Made by a program: the position numbers and the translations under genes. From NCBI GenBank assembly GCA_965197475.1, contig CBDANF010000003.1, positions 192,001-256,000 on the forward strand: a stretch of 64,000 bases of DNA, given 5' to 3'. The stretch comes from Candidatus Poribacteria bacterium. Its GTDB lineage: Bacteria; Poribacteria; WGA-4E; WGA-3G. Positions within the stretch are counted from its first letter, which is position 1. Every line of letters starts with the position of its first letter. Below, piece after piece: positions 1-12,857 of the stretch. The notes beneath the pieces are model-generated. The model did no database searches. It was not told the origin of the DNA and was given only the letters and a program-made list of their open reading frames with translations.

Positions 1-317
1 ATATTCTTGATAAAAAATCGCAGTTAACTATTACAGTAGATTCAGTAGGTTTCGGCATCTACCGTGTTAGTTCAAATGGTGAAGGACTTAGTGCTGCAAG
101 GCGGATTTCTGCGATTGCTGGTGGCTTGAGAAAATTGGGTGAAATGGGATCCGTACGGGAACTTGAAAATGATACAGCCAAATTTTTATGTGGGCAGTCG
201 CACGATGAACTTGTCGGTTTGCTATTAGTTCGTGCACCAAACGTCCGAGTCATTTTACGTGAACAGGAAGCAGGCGCAGCACGCGGCGTACTATCTGCGC
301 CAAGCCAACAAACATGA
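1..317 (+). CDS. 3' end of a hypothetical protein (truncated by window start)
   Basis: Open frame ending ...EQEAGAARGVLSAPSQQT*, immediately upstream of the methyltransferase. Confidence 0.55.
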   Translation, partial: ILDKKSQLTITVDSVGFGIYRVSSNGEGLSAARRISAIAGGLRKLGEMGSVRELENDTAKFLCGQSHDELVGLLLVRAPNVRVILREQEAGAARGVLSAPSQQT

Positions 318-327
318 GGTAATCGTA

Positions 328-1371
328 GTGCATAGCGAAAAAAGTCAAGACATCAAACCGATGAATGGTCGTGAGCGTGTGCTTGCCGCACTCCGCAATG
401 AACCGACCGATCGCACACCAATTTGTAATCCTACCTCTGTTGCAACCGTTGAACTGATGGACTTGGTTGACGCACCCTTTCCGCAGGCAAATCGTGAACC
501 GGAACTGATGGCGAGACTCGCAGCAACCGGCTACACTGAACTCGGTTTTGACACCATTATGCCGGTGTTCACGATTATCCAAGAATCCAGTGCGATCGGA
601 TGCAAAATTCAGTGGGAACAGAAGGATAACTGGCCGACCGTCAAAATGCGTGAACCGATCTGGGAAGATGTTGACGATATCACAATCCCTAACGATTTCT
701 TAACACACCCAGACACGCAATGTGTGCTTGAAGCGATTAAGATTCTGAAGAAAGAATATGGTGATGAAGTTGCCGTAATAGGCAAAACGATGGGACCTTG
801 GTCGCTTGGATATCACTGCTTCGGCGTAGAACCTTTTCTATTGCTATCCCTTGATGATCCGGGCAAAACAAAACTCGCGCTGGATCGGATGAAGGAAGCC
901 ACTGTACAATTTGGTATTGCGCAAATAGAAGCAGGAGCAGACGCGCTCACACTCCCCGACCACGCAACTGGTGATCTTGTTAGTGGGGAATACTACCAAC
1001 GTTATCTCCGCGACCTACACATTGAATTCGTAGAACGGATCCCGATACCTCTCATCCTCCATATTTGCGGACGCACGGTTGATCGGATGGAGTACATCGC
1101 GCAAACAGGTATGGCAGCCTTTCATTACGACTCCAAAAATGAACCGCAAGAATCGATGGATATTGTACAGAAACGGATCGCACTGGTTGGCAACATCAAC
1201 AATCCCGAAACGCTCTTTGCAAAAGAACCGGAAGACGTTAAAGCAGAAGTCGTAAAAAACCTTGAGGCAGGCGTGCCTTTGATCGGACCGGAGTGTGCAA
1301 TTCCGCTTCAAACCACAATTGAAAACCTGCAAGCAATTCCACAAGCGGTGCAAGAGTGGTATAAAGAGTAG
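328..1371 (+). CDS. MtaA/CmuA-type methylcobamide methyltransferase (uroporphyrinogen decarboxylase family)
   Basis: MNGRERVLAAL start, ILHICG and GPECAIP zinc-ligand motifs; GAGGT RBS before GTG at 328. Confidence 0.85.
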   Translation: MHSEKSQDIKPMNGRERVLAALRNEPTDRTPICNPTSVATVELMDLVDAPFPQANREPELMARLAATGYTELGFDTIMPVFTIIQESSAIGCKIQWEQKDNWPTVKMREPIWEDVDDITIPNDFLTHPDTQCVLEAIKILKKEYGDEVAVIGKTMGPWSLGYHCFGVEPFLLLSLDDPGKTKLALDRMKEATVQFGIAQIEAGADALTLPDHATGDLVSGEYYQRYLRDLHIEFVERIPIPLILHICGRTVDRMEYIAQTGMAAFHYDSKNEPQESMDIVQKRIALVGNINNPETLFAKEPEDVKAEVVKNLEAGVPLIGPECAIPLQTTIENLQAIPQAVQEWYKE

Positions 1372-1401
1372 TTATAACTCCTATGTTTTCTCAAAAAAAA
1401 T

Positions 1402-1430
1402 TTGACATTGTTTGCAAATCATGATATACT
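1402..1430 (+). promoter_or_regulatory. sigma70-type promoter
   Basis: TTGACA-N17-TATACT. Confidence 0.6.
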
Positions 1431-1794
1431 ATACATTCAGACTAATTTATATTTCATTCTGGGAACGACTCATGAAAAGCGGATTGCTATTAAAAAACAA
1501 ACGTACAAGGTGTTTACCATCTAAGCAATTTGTCATATTGCAACAGTTTGATATGTTTATTTTAACTTCTAGAGTCCCCCCTTTTTACATTAGTTAATTA
1601 TTTTATCACAAAACAATATCAGGAGTCTTCGTGGTTGCGCTGCCTTTTTGTGTGCGCTTCGTTGGGACTCTTTTTTTGTTACGGGTAGGTTCTTGCGTAC
1701 AGAAACGCAAGGCACAGAAAAATTGTTTGCCTTAAACCGAAGACGTGTTAAGATGTAACTTTATACATTAGTTTTCTAAACAGGAGATAACGAA

Positions 1795-3225
1795 ATGAAA
1801 CATTTTTCTAACAAGCTTTTTCTTGGTGGACTAATAGTAGGGGGTTTGATTCTTACCCTTGGTGTTTTCCTTATTCTTGATGCGATTATAACCCCTTATT
1901 TTTATAAAAGCAAGTTCCCAGAAAATACTGTTGCGGCACGAATTTTACCAAATGGAGAGGTCGAGTACTACCCACTAAAACAGGTTAATTCTACTGAAAG
2001 TGAAGATAGTTCTACCAAACCTGATGCTGCTGGGACCTACTTTGAAGGCACTACAATTCCTAAATTAACAGAACAGGATTTGTGGGTTGCAATGATGACA
2101 TGGCATAAAGGACCGCAAACCGTTGAAGCACTCATGGATTCCTATTATGTAGCGTACATGCAAGATGAATCGCGTAGAAGAATTGATAAAAGATATCCTC
2201 CCGAACAGTGGCTGCAATATTTGCTTGATAAAGGAGTTATCTTCCACAATTTTCTTGAATATGCTCAGTATATGGATGCGCGAGTGGTAACAGATAAGTT
2301 TGATAACAACCCCGCATTGGTTCAAGAAGAATCAGAGATATTTGGAATACCTGTATCAGATTTAGATAGAATCAAAAAAAGACATCTTGAGCATCACCTT
2401 CTTTTTCTAAAGCGGAAGCACGCGATGGAACGCACAGTAGGTGAACCTGTTACAGGGGGTATCCATATAGGGGACAAGGTTCTACCGTTTTATAAAAACC
2501 GAGAAGTTGTCTATGTGCAACGCGAAGAAAATAAGACTTCTGCAGAATTCCTTGGTTCATCGCTTAATGATGTCCAAATTTTTAATCTCCTGTTCAGAGG
2601 AATTGAACCTGAAGGTATTGAGGTTATCTACATTGATAAATTGGGCAATCAACTTTCAGAGAAACCCGCACCTATACCCCGTGAACAAGTGCGAAAAATG
2701 ATGGCAGAAGGTGAAGCACCCCCTCCCGAAGAATGGTGGGCTCCAAACGCACCTATACCAGACTCTGAAGACTTTGAAGAATTCCTGCCGCCAGAAAGGA
2801 CAGATACCGAATTGGATCTCCGAAAACAACGCGCAAGAGAAGAATTTGAAAAGTTGGAAGAAGCCGCACAAACTGACGTTGAAAAGTTCATGCATGAGGT
2901 CCGGCAACTTGAAGAATTTGCTACGATGTCCGACGCAGAAATTGCCGCTGAACTTGAAAAACAGTTACGCCAACAACTACTACCGGAACTTCCAACTGAA
3001 GAAAGTCTTGAGGACGCACTCCGTGAAATGATCACCCCAAAACCGGCAACGCCGGAACGTTTTGAAAAAGCGATGAATATTTTGCAGAGCCACGGAGCAA
3101 AAGAGGGTTTGAAAAGACTCGCAAAGGATGATCCGGAACTCGCTCAATACTTCCTCAGAAACCCACAAAAGGTGCCGCCAAAACGTTCACAACCCTCAAA
3201 CACTCAAGACTCACAGAAGGAGTAG
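1795..3225 (+). CDS. N-terminally membrane-anchored hypothetical protein (paralog of 4139..5527)
   Basis: 476 aa ORF, AGGAG RBS, N-terminal TM, C-terminal SDAEI..GAKEGLKRLAKDDPELA motif shared with 4139..5527. Confidence 0.8.
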   Translation: MKHFSNKLFLGGLIVGGLILTLGVFLILDAIITPYFYKSKFPENTVAARILPNGEVEYYPLKQVNSTESEDSSTKPDAAGTYFEGTTIPKLTEQDLWVAMMTWHKGPQTVEALMDSYYVAYMQDESRRRIDKRYPPEQWLQYLLDKGVIFHNFLEYAQYMDARVVTDKFDNNPALVQEESEIFGIPVSDLDRIKKRHLEHHLLFLKRKHAMERTVGEPVTGGIHIGDKVLPFYKNREVVYVQREENKTSAEFLGSSLNDVQIFNLLFRGIEPEGIEVIYIDKLGNQLSEKPAPIPREQVRKMMAEGEAPPPEEWWAPNAPIPDSEDFEEFLPPERTDTELDLRKQRAREEFEKLEEAAQTDVEKFMHEVRQLEEFATMSDAEIAAELEKQLRQQLLPELPTEESLEDALREMITPKPATPERFEKAMNILQSHGAKEGLKRLAKDDPELAQYFLRNPQKVPPKRSQPSNTQDSQKE

Positions 3226-3229
3226 TTTT

Positions 3230-3526
3230 ATGAAAAACATGTACCTCTTATACGGTATTGCCATCATCGCCGTTGTGGGAATTTTTGTATGCAGTGTTAG
3301 GTTCACAAGCGGCACATCATCAATGGACACGCCGCAACAATCGGCATACACGTCAAAGTCTAAACAAGCGTTAAAGAAAAAATCCTATGCTTGTTGTGAT
3401 GAGAAACAGAAGCGCATGCGCGAAATGATGCGTCAATGGCTCAACGAAAAACCACAGGAGAATCCTTCAAACAAAGAGATTTCTGCGACAGACGCAGAAA
3501 CCAAACGAGCGCAAATCGCTCGTTAA
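3230..3526 (+). CDS. small secreted/anchored protein with CC motif
   Basis: AGGAG RBS, hydrophobic N-terminus, YACCDE; similar layout to 5527..5808. Confidence 0.7.
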   Translation: MKNMYLLYGIAIIAVVGIFVCSVRFTSGTSSMDTPQQSAYTSKSKQALKKKSYACCDEKQKRMREMMRQWLNEKPQENPSNKEISATDAETKRAQIAR

Positions 3527-3610
3527 ACGCAAAAGAAGGTTTTCTTGCAAAACCGAATCTAATCCAAATGTAATTAGATATCGTAACATATTCTACAAAA
3601 GGAGAATCAA

Positions 3611-4061
3611 ATGTTTACTTATGTAAATAGGGGGCACTTTACTTATTGCAATTCTTATAATTGGCATAAGCAGCTTTCTCATCCCTACTCTAACTCAGGC
3701 ACTTCCAGTAGCACTATGGGCTCGTTGTTCGGTTGGGAGTCCGTGGTGGACTAGCCAAACAATAGCAAAAGCGTCAGTCTCGTGGTCACATCCTGTATGG
3801 ATTCAAGATAGGATTCTAGTGCATGCTCATAATGGGAAGTTTAGTTGTCACGCGCGTGTCGGTGCTAACGAACCTAAAAAAGCGGAAGATATTCCGTTCT
3901 TCGTGTCCAGTTTGTTGGGTCCTGTGAATAAAGGTCATAAAGAACAGGATTTGGGATATACGCGCTGGGAAGGTGATGCTTACGCGAGTAGTGCAATTTC
4001 GGAATATGGAAATCCAACTAATTGGAAATTCTGTTCATCTGATGGACATAGTTCTTTTTGA
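3611..4061 (+). CDS. secreted hypothetical protein (frameshift in a G5 run near 3630)
   Basis: GGAG RBS and ATG 3611; removing one G gives signal peptide RGTLLIAILIIGISSFLIPTLTQA in frame with ORF 3819..4061. Confidence 0.6.
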
Positions 4062-4138
4062 TAGAACTTTTCAGCATTATGAAAGAATCACCGTTTCTCA
4101 AAGATAAACGGTGATTCTTCAAAAAGGAGGATATTCTC

Positions 4139-5527
4139 GTGTTAAACAATAGAACAGTAATTGTAATAAGTGTGTTTTCTATCGTTGTGATGGGGATAGC
4201 GTTCATTTTATTCAAACCTAAACAACAAGTGAGTGAAGAAGCACAAGCACATCTTGATAATCTTTATTCTCTTTCTGGAAAACTAACGCCTGAGAAAAAA
4301 CAAGTTTATTTTGATAATGCCTTTGCTTTAGAAAAACTTTCAGGTCAGCATGAGCGTCTGCCTGAAAAAGAAATGGAAAAAATGCGGGACCATCTTCGGA
4401 CATTGATCATCGAGAATCCAGACTTGGTGCTGAGTGCACAGGAGTACGATCAGCGGTATGGGCACATACTTGGACATACGCATGGCCATCGGCATGGTGA
4501 GGATTTATATCAGGAAACACAAAAAGCACTTGAGCAAGTTAATGCAGCTATAGCCGAATTGGAAGCGTCAGACGTGCCCGAAGGTGTTAAAGAAAGTCTT
4601 CGATCTATCCTAAATCTCAGACGCGAGACTCTTTTGATTTCCGACTCAGAGATTGATGAGTTAACTAACGTTTATATTGAGTTTTTAAAGAATGATCCAG
4701 AGGTAACTGGTGTCACGAAAGACGCAAGAACTGGTGAATATATTCCGACCTACGCTAATATGATAAGAGTCTATAGACGTCGGACGCATCATGTTGATGG
4801 CACATTAGAAGATGAAGTTACGGGCATGAGCACGAGTGCAAACACCCCAGAGAATCAAGCGGTAATAGAAGCGTATGAAACAGCGTTAGACATGACACCT
4901 CCTTCGGAAACACCACCCGCACCTCCGGAAATTGAGGGTTTGCGTTTTTCTGTTGAATACGAAGACGTGTATCTCAATTCGGAAAAAGAGGTTATAACAG
5001 ATAAAACGGATCAACCGATGGATGGGGCTACTTCTCCTCCTACATCTGATGTGCCAGCTACCCAGGTGGAGCAACCTAAAGTAGAAGAGGTTTGGACAGA
5101 AATCACAGACGATGTCTTTTCGTTGCAGGACTCATTGAAAGATATTGACGATCCACAAACGCAGAGTGAGATCACTATTTTTCTTGAGGAAGCTCTTGGT
5201 GTGCCGTTTGATCGGTTTTTAGAAATGAGTGATGCGGAGATTGAAGAGGATCTAAGAAAAATATTTGCGCCCAGCGATGCGGAGATTGAAGCAAAATTTA
5301 AAGATTTGCTCATGCCTCACCATCCCCCGATGGCAGACACAACAACGTTTGAAAGCAACTTAGAAAGCAGTCTTAGTAAAAAATTTTCAGTGCTGCGTGC
5401 TAAGCGCGCAATTGCTACCATCAATCATCTTGGACTTAATGAAGGACTTCGCCAGCTCAAAGAGGTGGATCCTGAAGTAGCAAAGCAACTAGAAGTCTAC
5501 CTCCAAAAACAAGAAGGGGAAAACTAA
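4139..5527 (+). CDS. N-terminally membrane-anchored hypothetical protein with His-rich patch
   Basis: 462 aa ORF, AGGAGG RBS, GHTHGHRHG, C-terminal MSDAEIE..GLNEGLRQLKEVDPEVA. Confidence 0.8.
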   Translation: MLNNRTVIVISVFSIVVMGIAFILFKPKQQVSEEAQAHLDNLYSLSGKLTPEKKQVYFDNAFALEKLSGQHERLPEKEMEKMRDHLRTLIIENPDLVLSAQEYDQRYGHILGHTHGHRHGEDLYQETQKALEQVNAAIAELEASDVPEGVKESLRSILNLRRETLLISDSEIDELTNVYIEFLKNDPEVTGVTKDARTGEYIPTYANMIRVYRRRTHHVDGTLEDEVTGMSTSANTPENQAVIEAYETALDMTPPSETPPAPPEIEGLRFSVEYEDVYLNSEKEVITDKTDQPMDGATSPPTSDVPATQVEQPKVEEVWTEITDDVFSLQDSLKDIDDPQTQSEITIFLEEALGVPFDRFLEMSDAEIEEDLRKIFAPSDAEIEAKFKDLLMPHHPPMADTTTFESNLESSLSKKFSVLRAKRAIATINHLGLNEGLRQLKEVDPEVAKQLEVYLQKQEGEN

Positions 5528-5808
5528 TGGTAAAATTGACTTGTTTTTCAATTATACTCCTGATTTTGTTTGCTGTATCGGGTTACATTCTCACGCGTCC
5601 TGGTCGTTCTTCAGTCCCAACACAGTTTTCAAAATCTGTGTCTGCTGTTGTCTCAACTACGAGGCAAGACACAGTGAAAAAATGTAAGTGTTGCACATTG
5701 GAGGAATTGCGTAAAAAGCTTAGATCTAGACACAAGAATATGCAGACAGCACCCAATAGTCGGAATCACAATATTGGAAATAAAAGCAGAGCACTAGATA
5801 AACTTTGA
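5527..5808 (+). CDS. small secreted protein with CKCC motif
   Basis: TAATG coupling to upstream gene, signal peptide, KKCKCC. Confidence 0.7.
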   Translation: MVKLTCFSIILLILFAVSGYILTRPGRSSVPTQFSKSVSAVVSTTRQDTVKKCKCCTLEELRKKLRSRHKNMQTAPNSRNHNIGNKSRALDKL

Positions 5809-7543
5809 AAAATATAAAATTATTCTCTACCCTATCGCAACAGACCGTCCGTTCTGCTGCGGGGGTTTTTCTCATTGTGTGCTTCTTTTTCATTGTGAAC
5901 AGTCCGCGTCTCCTCTCTTTAGATGCACATTGGTCAAGTGATGAAGCGCGTTGGCTTCGTCGTAGTGCGGCGTTTATGGATACTGTTGAGCAGGGACGCT
6001 TTTCAGAAACCCTGATTGCGTATCATCCGGGCGTGATGACGATGTGGGTTACTGGGCTTCGTGCCTTTTTTAGTCCTCCGCGATTGGATGCCCTAAACCT
6101 TGTTCTCGCTCGGTGGTTCATCGGTATTGTCATATCAGTTGGCATCGGTATTGCCTGCCTTTTAGTTTATAGACTCTTTGGACGGTGGGTAGCACTTATA
6201 AGTTTCGCGTGTCTCGCCTACTCACCACTTTTTTTAGCACAAACACGGCGTGTCCACACGGACGCGCTTGCCACCGTTTTTATCCTTTTAACAGTACTAC
6301 TTCTCTTGTTGTACTGTGAGAATCGGCAACACCGTCGATATCTTATCTTTTCAGGCATCGCTTTTGGATTGGCGGTCTTGAGCAAGAGTTACGCCTTGAT
6401 ACTTTTAATCTGGGTGCCATTCTGTATCTTTCTATATCGCCCCTCTCAACAGAAAATCGGAGGTCGCTTTTCCGTGTACGTTGCCGAAATCCTCTGTTTT
6501 CTCAATTGTACGTTACTTACCGTGCTCGCTGTCTGGCCTATTTTTTGGGCACCCTTTTTTGGAATCTTGGCACTATGTTTTTTAGGTCTCACCTTTGTTC
6601 TATACAACGCGATAAAAAACGAACATTGCCCTTTTGCTCTCATAGCAATAGCAGGTGCCGGACTGATTCTTGTCGGGTTCATGCAACCCAAACCGTCTGG
6701 CTTATTTTGGATAAAGTTGGTTGGGCAGTTACAACACCGCACGAAGTGGAACACTTCTTTCTCGGAAAAGTGGCTAATGATCCAGGATGGCTTTTCTATC
6801 CTTTTGTGTTGACTATCAACAGCACGCCGTTGATGCTGCCACTCGTATTTCTCGGATGTTTTCTCCTTTGGAAGTATCGGAAAAATTCAGCGGAAATATC
6901 TAAGCATTTCAAACTTATACTTGCTTTAGTAAGTGTAGTTATCCTCTTCACCGTGTGCCTTTCACTCACAAGCAAAAAGTTCAGTCGATACTTGCTGCCT
7001 GTTTTCCCGATATTGGAAATTCTTGCTGCCGTCGGGTTCGTGGAGTTAATCCGCTGGAGTTATGCGTATTTCAAGATTGAGACAATTGGTGTTAAACGTA
7101 CACTTGCTGGATTCGCATGCCTATGTTTCTTTTTCATTCAGATATTACCTGTACTCATGTTACACCCCTATTACGGCACCTATTACAACCCCTGTTGGAA
7201 AGTGACAGACATTACAAAGATAATCACTGTAGGAGATGCCTCTGGCTTGGATATCGCAGCGAACTATTTGAATCAAAAACCGAATGCGCGCCGCATGCAG
7301 GTACAGGTATCCCCGTTATCAACAACGTTGGTAAGATTTTATTTTCACGGACATGCCTATCGTGCAGATAGACGCATTTCGCAAACACCCGATTATGAAA
7401 TCGTTTATATCCGAGATTCACAAGTAGGGCGCGTTCCACAAACAGGCACTCTAAATGGTGAACTTGAACACGTTATAACTCTTAACGGTATTGACCACGT
7501 TTGGATTTACCGCATCCCAAATAAGGAAAATCCTAACGGGTAA
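5805..7543 (+). CDS. GT-C fold glycosyltransferase (ArnT/PMT, family 39-like); frameshift near 6680
   Basis: SDE motif, YHPG, multiple TM helices, RYLLP; split over ORFs 5805..6812 and 6506..7543. Confidence 0.75.
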
Positions 7544-7581
7544 AGCATCACCACTTTTCTCTTGCGAGGAGAAAGGAAACT

Positions 7582-8532
7582 GTGAAAACTTTCCGCCAAT
7601 ACTTTGGAATTTTCATTGCAGTGACGCTCCTCATTTTTCTTATCAAACCCTTTGTTCAGACACGTACCCAGTTGGAAGGTGTCACTTTTCAAATTCAGTG
7701 GCGGTGGTTCCTCCCGTCGTTTGGACTCATCCTCCTTTATCGTAGTGCGTATATTGTTCCTTTCGCACAATTCTTACGCGGCATAGTACCGTCCCAAGTT
7801 TCTTTTCGCGATGTTTTTACGCTGTTTCATCTTGCAAACATCACCCGATACCTACCCGGGCGGATTTGGGGGATTGTCAGACTCCTCACCCTTAGCGAAC
7901 GGTTCGGATTCAGCAAAACTGCTGTTGGTGTAAGTCTCACCTTGCACGTCGGCATAGAGGCCGTACTTGGCGGACTCTATGCTATGTCACTGGTCTTTTC
8001 AAAACAGATGCGAAGCACTGCATATCTTGTACTTGAAAGGGGTACAGGTCACGCATTGCTTTTTGCACTCTTCGGGATTGTCATCGCTACTGGTGCCTTG
8101 TTTTTGATAACAAAGGTGTCTTCTAAGGCACAGCATTTCCTGAAAACACTCCGGGAAATAGGCTCACCCCTTTTGCAAAAACATTTTCTGAAACAGTGGT
8201 TTAACATTTTTCAAGCTCACATTCTACTGTGGTTCTGCCAAGGTCTTGCATTTTTCCTTTTTGTAAAAAGCCTGGCCTCTGTGCAATGGAAAGACATTGG
8301 TGTTTTCTCTGCTTGCTACGCTTTTGCATGGATTGTCGGCTTTTTAAGTTTCCTCACACCTGGCGGTTTAGGCGTACGTGAAGGGCTGCTTGGGTTGTTA
8401 TTAGCAAACTATATGGCCACATCACAAGCAACCATCATTGCTCTATTGTGTCGGGTTTGGATGTTGTCTTCCGAGATTATTTTAGCTGGAACAGCATTTT
8501 TACTCTACAAAAGATCGGACAGACAAAGTTGA
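7582..8532 (+). CDS. lysylphosphatidylglycerol synthase TM / flippase-like membrane protein
   Basis: RYLPG and TPGGLGVREG motifs, polytopic. Confidence 0.8.
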   Translation: MKTFRQYFGIFIAVTLLIFLIKPFVQTRTQLEGVTFQIQWRWFLPSFGLILLYRSAYIVPFAQFLRGIVPSQVSFRDVFTLFHLANITRYLPGRIWGIVRLLTLSERFGFSKTAVGVSLTLHVGIEAVLGGLYAMSLVFSKQMRSTAYLVLERGTGHALLFALFGIVIATGALFLITKVSSKAQHFLKTLREIGSPLLQKHFLKQWFNIFQAHILLWFCQGLAFFLFVKSLASVQWKDIGVFSACYAFAWIVGFLSFLTPGGLGVREGLLGLLLANYMATSQATIIALLCRVWMLSSEIILAGTAFLLYKRSDRQS

Positions 8533-8559
8533 AAACAATACTAACCACGTTGATAACCT

Positions 8560-9606
8560 CTATACTGTAAGTTCAGCCAACTTAACAGCCCGACCACCCG
8601 CTTCTGCAGACTGATCAGCAGCAAAGACAACACGATGCGTTTCAAAGGCGGTATCAAAGTCAGTCAGCGGCATCGTTTCGTTTCGTCCAATGCTATCTAT
8701 GAACGCTTGGAATTGGGGTTCATACGGATGGTCGCTTACATCCCCGGAGTCAATGAGCGATGTTTCAAGGTTGCTCCATCTGCTTTTGTCCATGCCTTTA
8801 AGTTTCGCTGAGTAGATACGGTTGTCAAGTAGGCTTCCTTCGCTTCCAACAAGGTGAATGTGGAAGTAGTATGGCTGCAGGCAATCAACACAGGAAGTGA
8901 CTTTACCGATTTTCTGACCTCCTTCAAACTTAAGTAGACTCACACTGGTTGTTTTGTACTCGTAAGGTTGAAATGCTTCACCTTTAGATTGCGTGTGATA
9001 ACTGGTGACCTCTTCAACATTTCCATCCATAAAGAAGAGAAGGGCATCAAGCGCATGGCACCCCGCAGTGAGTAAGGTACTGCCGCCAAAGTCCTTTTTG
9101 ATGTTCCATTCATATTGTCCGTACCAAGGTCCGATGCCGTGGTAGTAGTCAACTTCTGCGTAGTGGAGTTCACCGAGCAATCCGTTGTCAATTACGGAGC
9201 GTATCATTGTAAAATGTGCGCTATAACGGCACTCAAAACAGACGCATACGTTGACACCAGTGGTTTTCACGGCTTCCCGGATAGCTTTGGCATCTTCATA
9301 GGTAAGGCAGATCGGTTTTTCGATGATGAGATGCTTCCCTGCTTTTGCGGCAGCGATCGCTTGTTCTGCATGAAAAGGATGCGGGGTGCAAATATCTATA
9401 ATGTCAATATCTGGATCTGCAAGCATCTTTTCATAATCTGTATATGCCTTAAGTGGTGTGCCATAAGTATCTGCTAATACGGATTCATCATGTTCGCGGC
9501 GTGAACAGATAGTGGTGACATCCGCCCCCGTAACAGCTTTGAACGCTTCAATATGCGCGCCAGCGACCCAACCGAGACCGACAATTCCAACGTTTAGGTT
9601 ACCCAT
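8560..9606 (-). CDS. Gfo/Idh/MocA family oxidoreductase
   Basis: [10 protein letters not shown] Rossmann motif, HLIIEKP. Confidence 0.9.
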   Translation of the reverse strand: MGNLNVGIVGLGWVAGAHIEAFKAVTGADVTTICSRREHDESVLADTYGTPLKAYTDYEKMLADPDIDIIDICTPHPFHAEQAIAAAKAGKHLIIEKPICLTYEDAKAIREAVKTTGVNVCVCFECRYSAHFTMIRSVIDNGLLGELHYAEVDYYHGIGPWYGQYEWNIKKDFGGSTLLTAGCHALDALLFFMDGNVEEVTSYHTQSKGEAFQPYEYKTTSVSLLKFEGGQKIGKVTSCVDCLQPYYFHIHLVGSEGSLLDNRIYSAKLKGMDKSRWSNLETSLIDSGDVSDHPYEPQFQAFIDSIGRNETMPLTDFDTAFETHRVVFAADQSAEAGGRAVKLAELTV

Positions 9607-9758
9607 TTAAAACTCCTTATCTCAATAGTTTTAGATATTTTAGCACAATTGCGGAAATTATTAAGATAAAAAATTCTGTTGATAAAATAAAGGTTATTTT
9701 TTACAATATGTAATATTAGTTCGACTAAAGTAGTATAATCATTACAAGGAGCTAAACA

Positions 9759-10979
9759 GTGCGAATAGTTTTTTCTAAATCAAGTTTTGCTTTTGTCATC
9801 GTAATGCTAACCTTCGTTATGGGCATAGCGGGCAGTTCATCCGCAAAAACACAAGAGAGCATTTTCACTGTTATAGAGACAGAAGATCCGGAATATCCCA
9901 CAATTGCGGCTTCTATCCAACTACCGTTTCGCGTCAGTCCAAACAACACTGTCGTCCTTGCCGGAAAACACGCGTATGTCACAACCGAAAAGCATTTGCA
10001 CGTCATTGATGTTTCTATTCCGCAACGGCCCTCTTATCTGACATCTCTCGCGTTTCGTAGTAAAATTGGCAATGCCTTTGTCTCTGGACACTATGTCATT
10101 GTAGCGGATGCTAAAAAGTTTCATTTCGTTGATGTTTCTGAGCCATCGCACCCCGTAATTCAATCTTCCATGCATCTACCCCATCAACACGCAATCAAAG
10201 ACCTTGATGTCCTTGGATCTTATCTTTATGTGATGGGCGCGAATGACTACCTGTACACTTTTTCCATAGGTGGTGCACAAGCACAACTTGTCAAGGCAGT
10301 TAAAATGTCAAGACGCTGGTGGTTGTTGAGCTTGAAAGCCGGAAGTCCTGAGGTGAAACAGGTTCTGCTTTCGACTTCAGACCCTCTTCCCGCAGGTCTC
10401 TCAAAACCACTCCTGTCTCGACGTGGGTTTTTACAACTCAGCAGCAGACAGGAAAAAGTCCGCGCAACGTCTGATTTTCTGGCAGTGGAGAGTCTGACAA
10501 ACCCAACGTGTGATCTGCTGATTTACGATGCGCGCAGAATTAATGATAGTCAGTCAAGTTTCTATGTTTGGTACTTTAACGTACAGTACCACTGTCTTAG
10601 GCATCTTTCCGCGACAGGGCACAAGACACTCACTCGCAGAAAACCGACAATTGCGTATGCTGTCGGAAACACCGGAGAGATGCAGCAAATTGCCCTCGAT
10701 CAGCCAAGTGAGACGATAGATGTCAACAACAAACGATTAGTGGGACCCGTCACAGATTTTCAATTTTCGAAGGATCTGCTTTACGTAACCAACGCAAAAG
10801 GATTCTTTTCTATTCACCGTATTCCTAAAGCGGGAAACCTTACAATAGAGATTCCCACGGAAGAAGACAGGGATAGGGTTATATCCGTCACACCGATTCA
10901 GGCAAATCATCCCATTAGCATTGCTGTTGGGAAACATTACGTCTGTGTGTTGGCTGCACCGAAAGATTCACGAAGATAA
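9759..10979 (+). CDS. secreted LVIVD-repeat beta-propeller-like protein
   Basis: Signal peptide; LHVIDVSIP and FHFVDVSEP repeats. Confidence 0.7.
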   Translation: MRIVFSKSSFAFVIVMLTFVMGIAGSSSAKTQESIFTVIETEDPEYPTIAASIQLPFRVSPNNTVVLAGKHAYVTTEKHLHVIDVSIPQRPSYLTSLAFRSKIGNAFVSGHYVIVADAKKFHFVDVSEPSHPVIQSSMHLPHQHAIKDLDVLGSYLYVMGANDYLYTFSIGGAQAQLVKAVKMSRRWWLLSLKAGSPEVKQVLLSTSDPLPAGLSKPLLSRRGFLQLSSRQEKVRATSDFLAVESLTNPTCDLLIYDARRINDSQSSFYVWYFNVQYHCLRHLSATGHKTLTRRKPTIAYAVGNTGEMQQIALDQPSETIDVNNKRLVGPVTDFQFSKDLLYVTNAKGFFSIHRIPKAGNLTIEIPTEEDRDRVISVTPIQANHPISIAVGKHYVCVLAAPKDSRR

Positions 10980-11041
10980 TAACCTATAATAATTAACATC
11001 CGTTGATAGTGCCATTTGGTTTCTAAAAATGCTAAAATATT

Positions 11042-11070
11042 TTGACATGAAAGAGAGAATATGCTATAAT
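11042..11070 (+). promoter_or_regulatory. guaB promoter
   Basis: TTGACA-N17-TATAAT with extended -10 TG. Confidence 0.75.
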
Positions 11071-11299
11071 TTATTATAATTGGCGATACGTGTTTTTAGG
11101 ACAACATTAGCGAGCCTTTTCACCCACCTCAATCCGCATTATAGTAGATTTTAGAATTACTTGGACATTGTTATCGGTCCAGTTGGGAAACAGTTCCTAC
11201 CGCATATTTTGTAGCACAAACTTTTAGTTTGTGTCGTCCTTGCGCAAACTGAAAGTGGACGCTACAGCAGTGTCCAGATAATTACAGATTTTACTATAA

Positions 11300-12817
<1,518 letters not shown>

Positions 12818-12857
12818 ACTATTGAGACTCAGTAAGTCAAGCAAAGGGAGAAAAACG

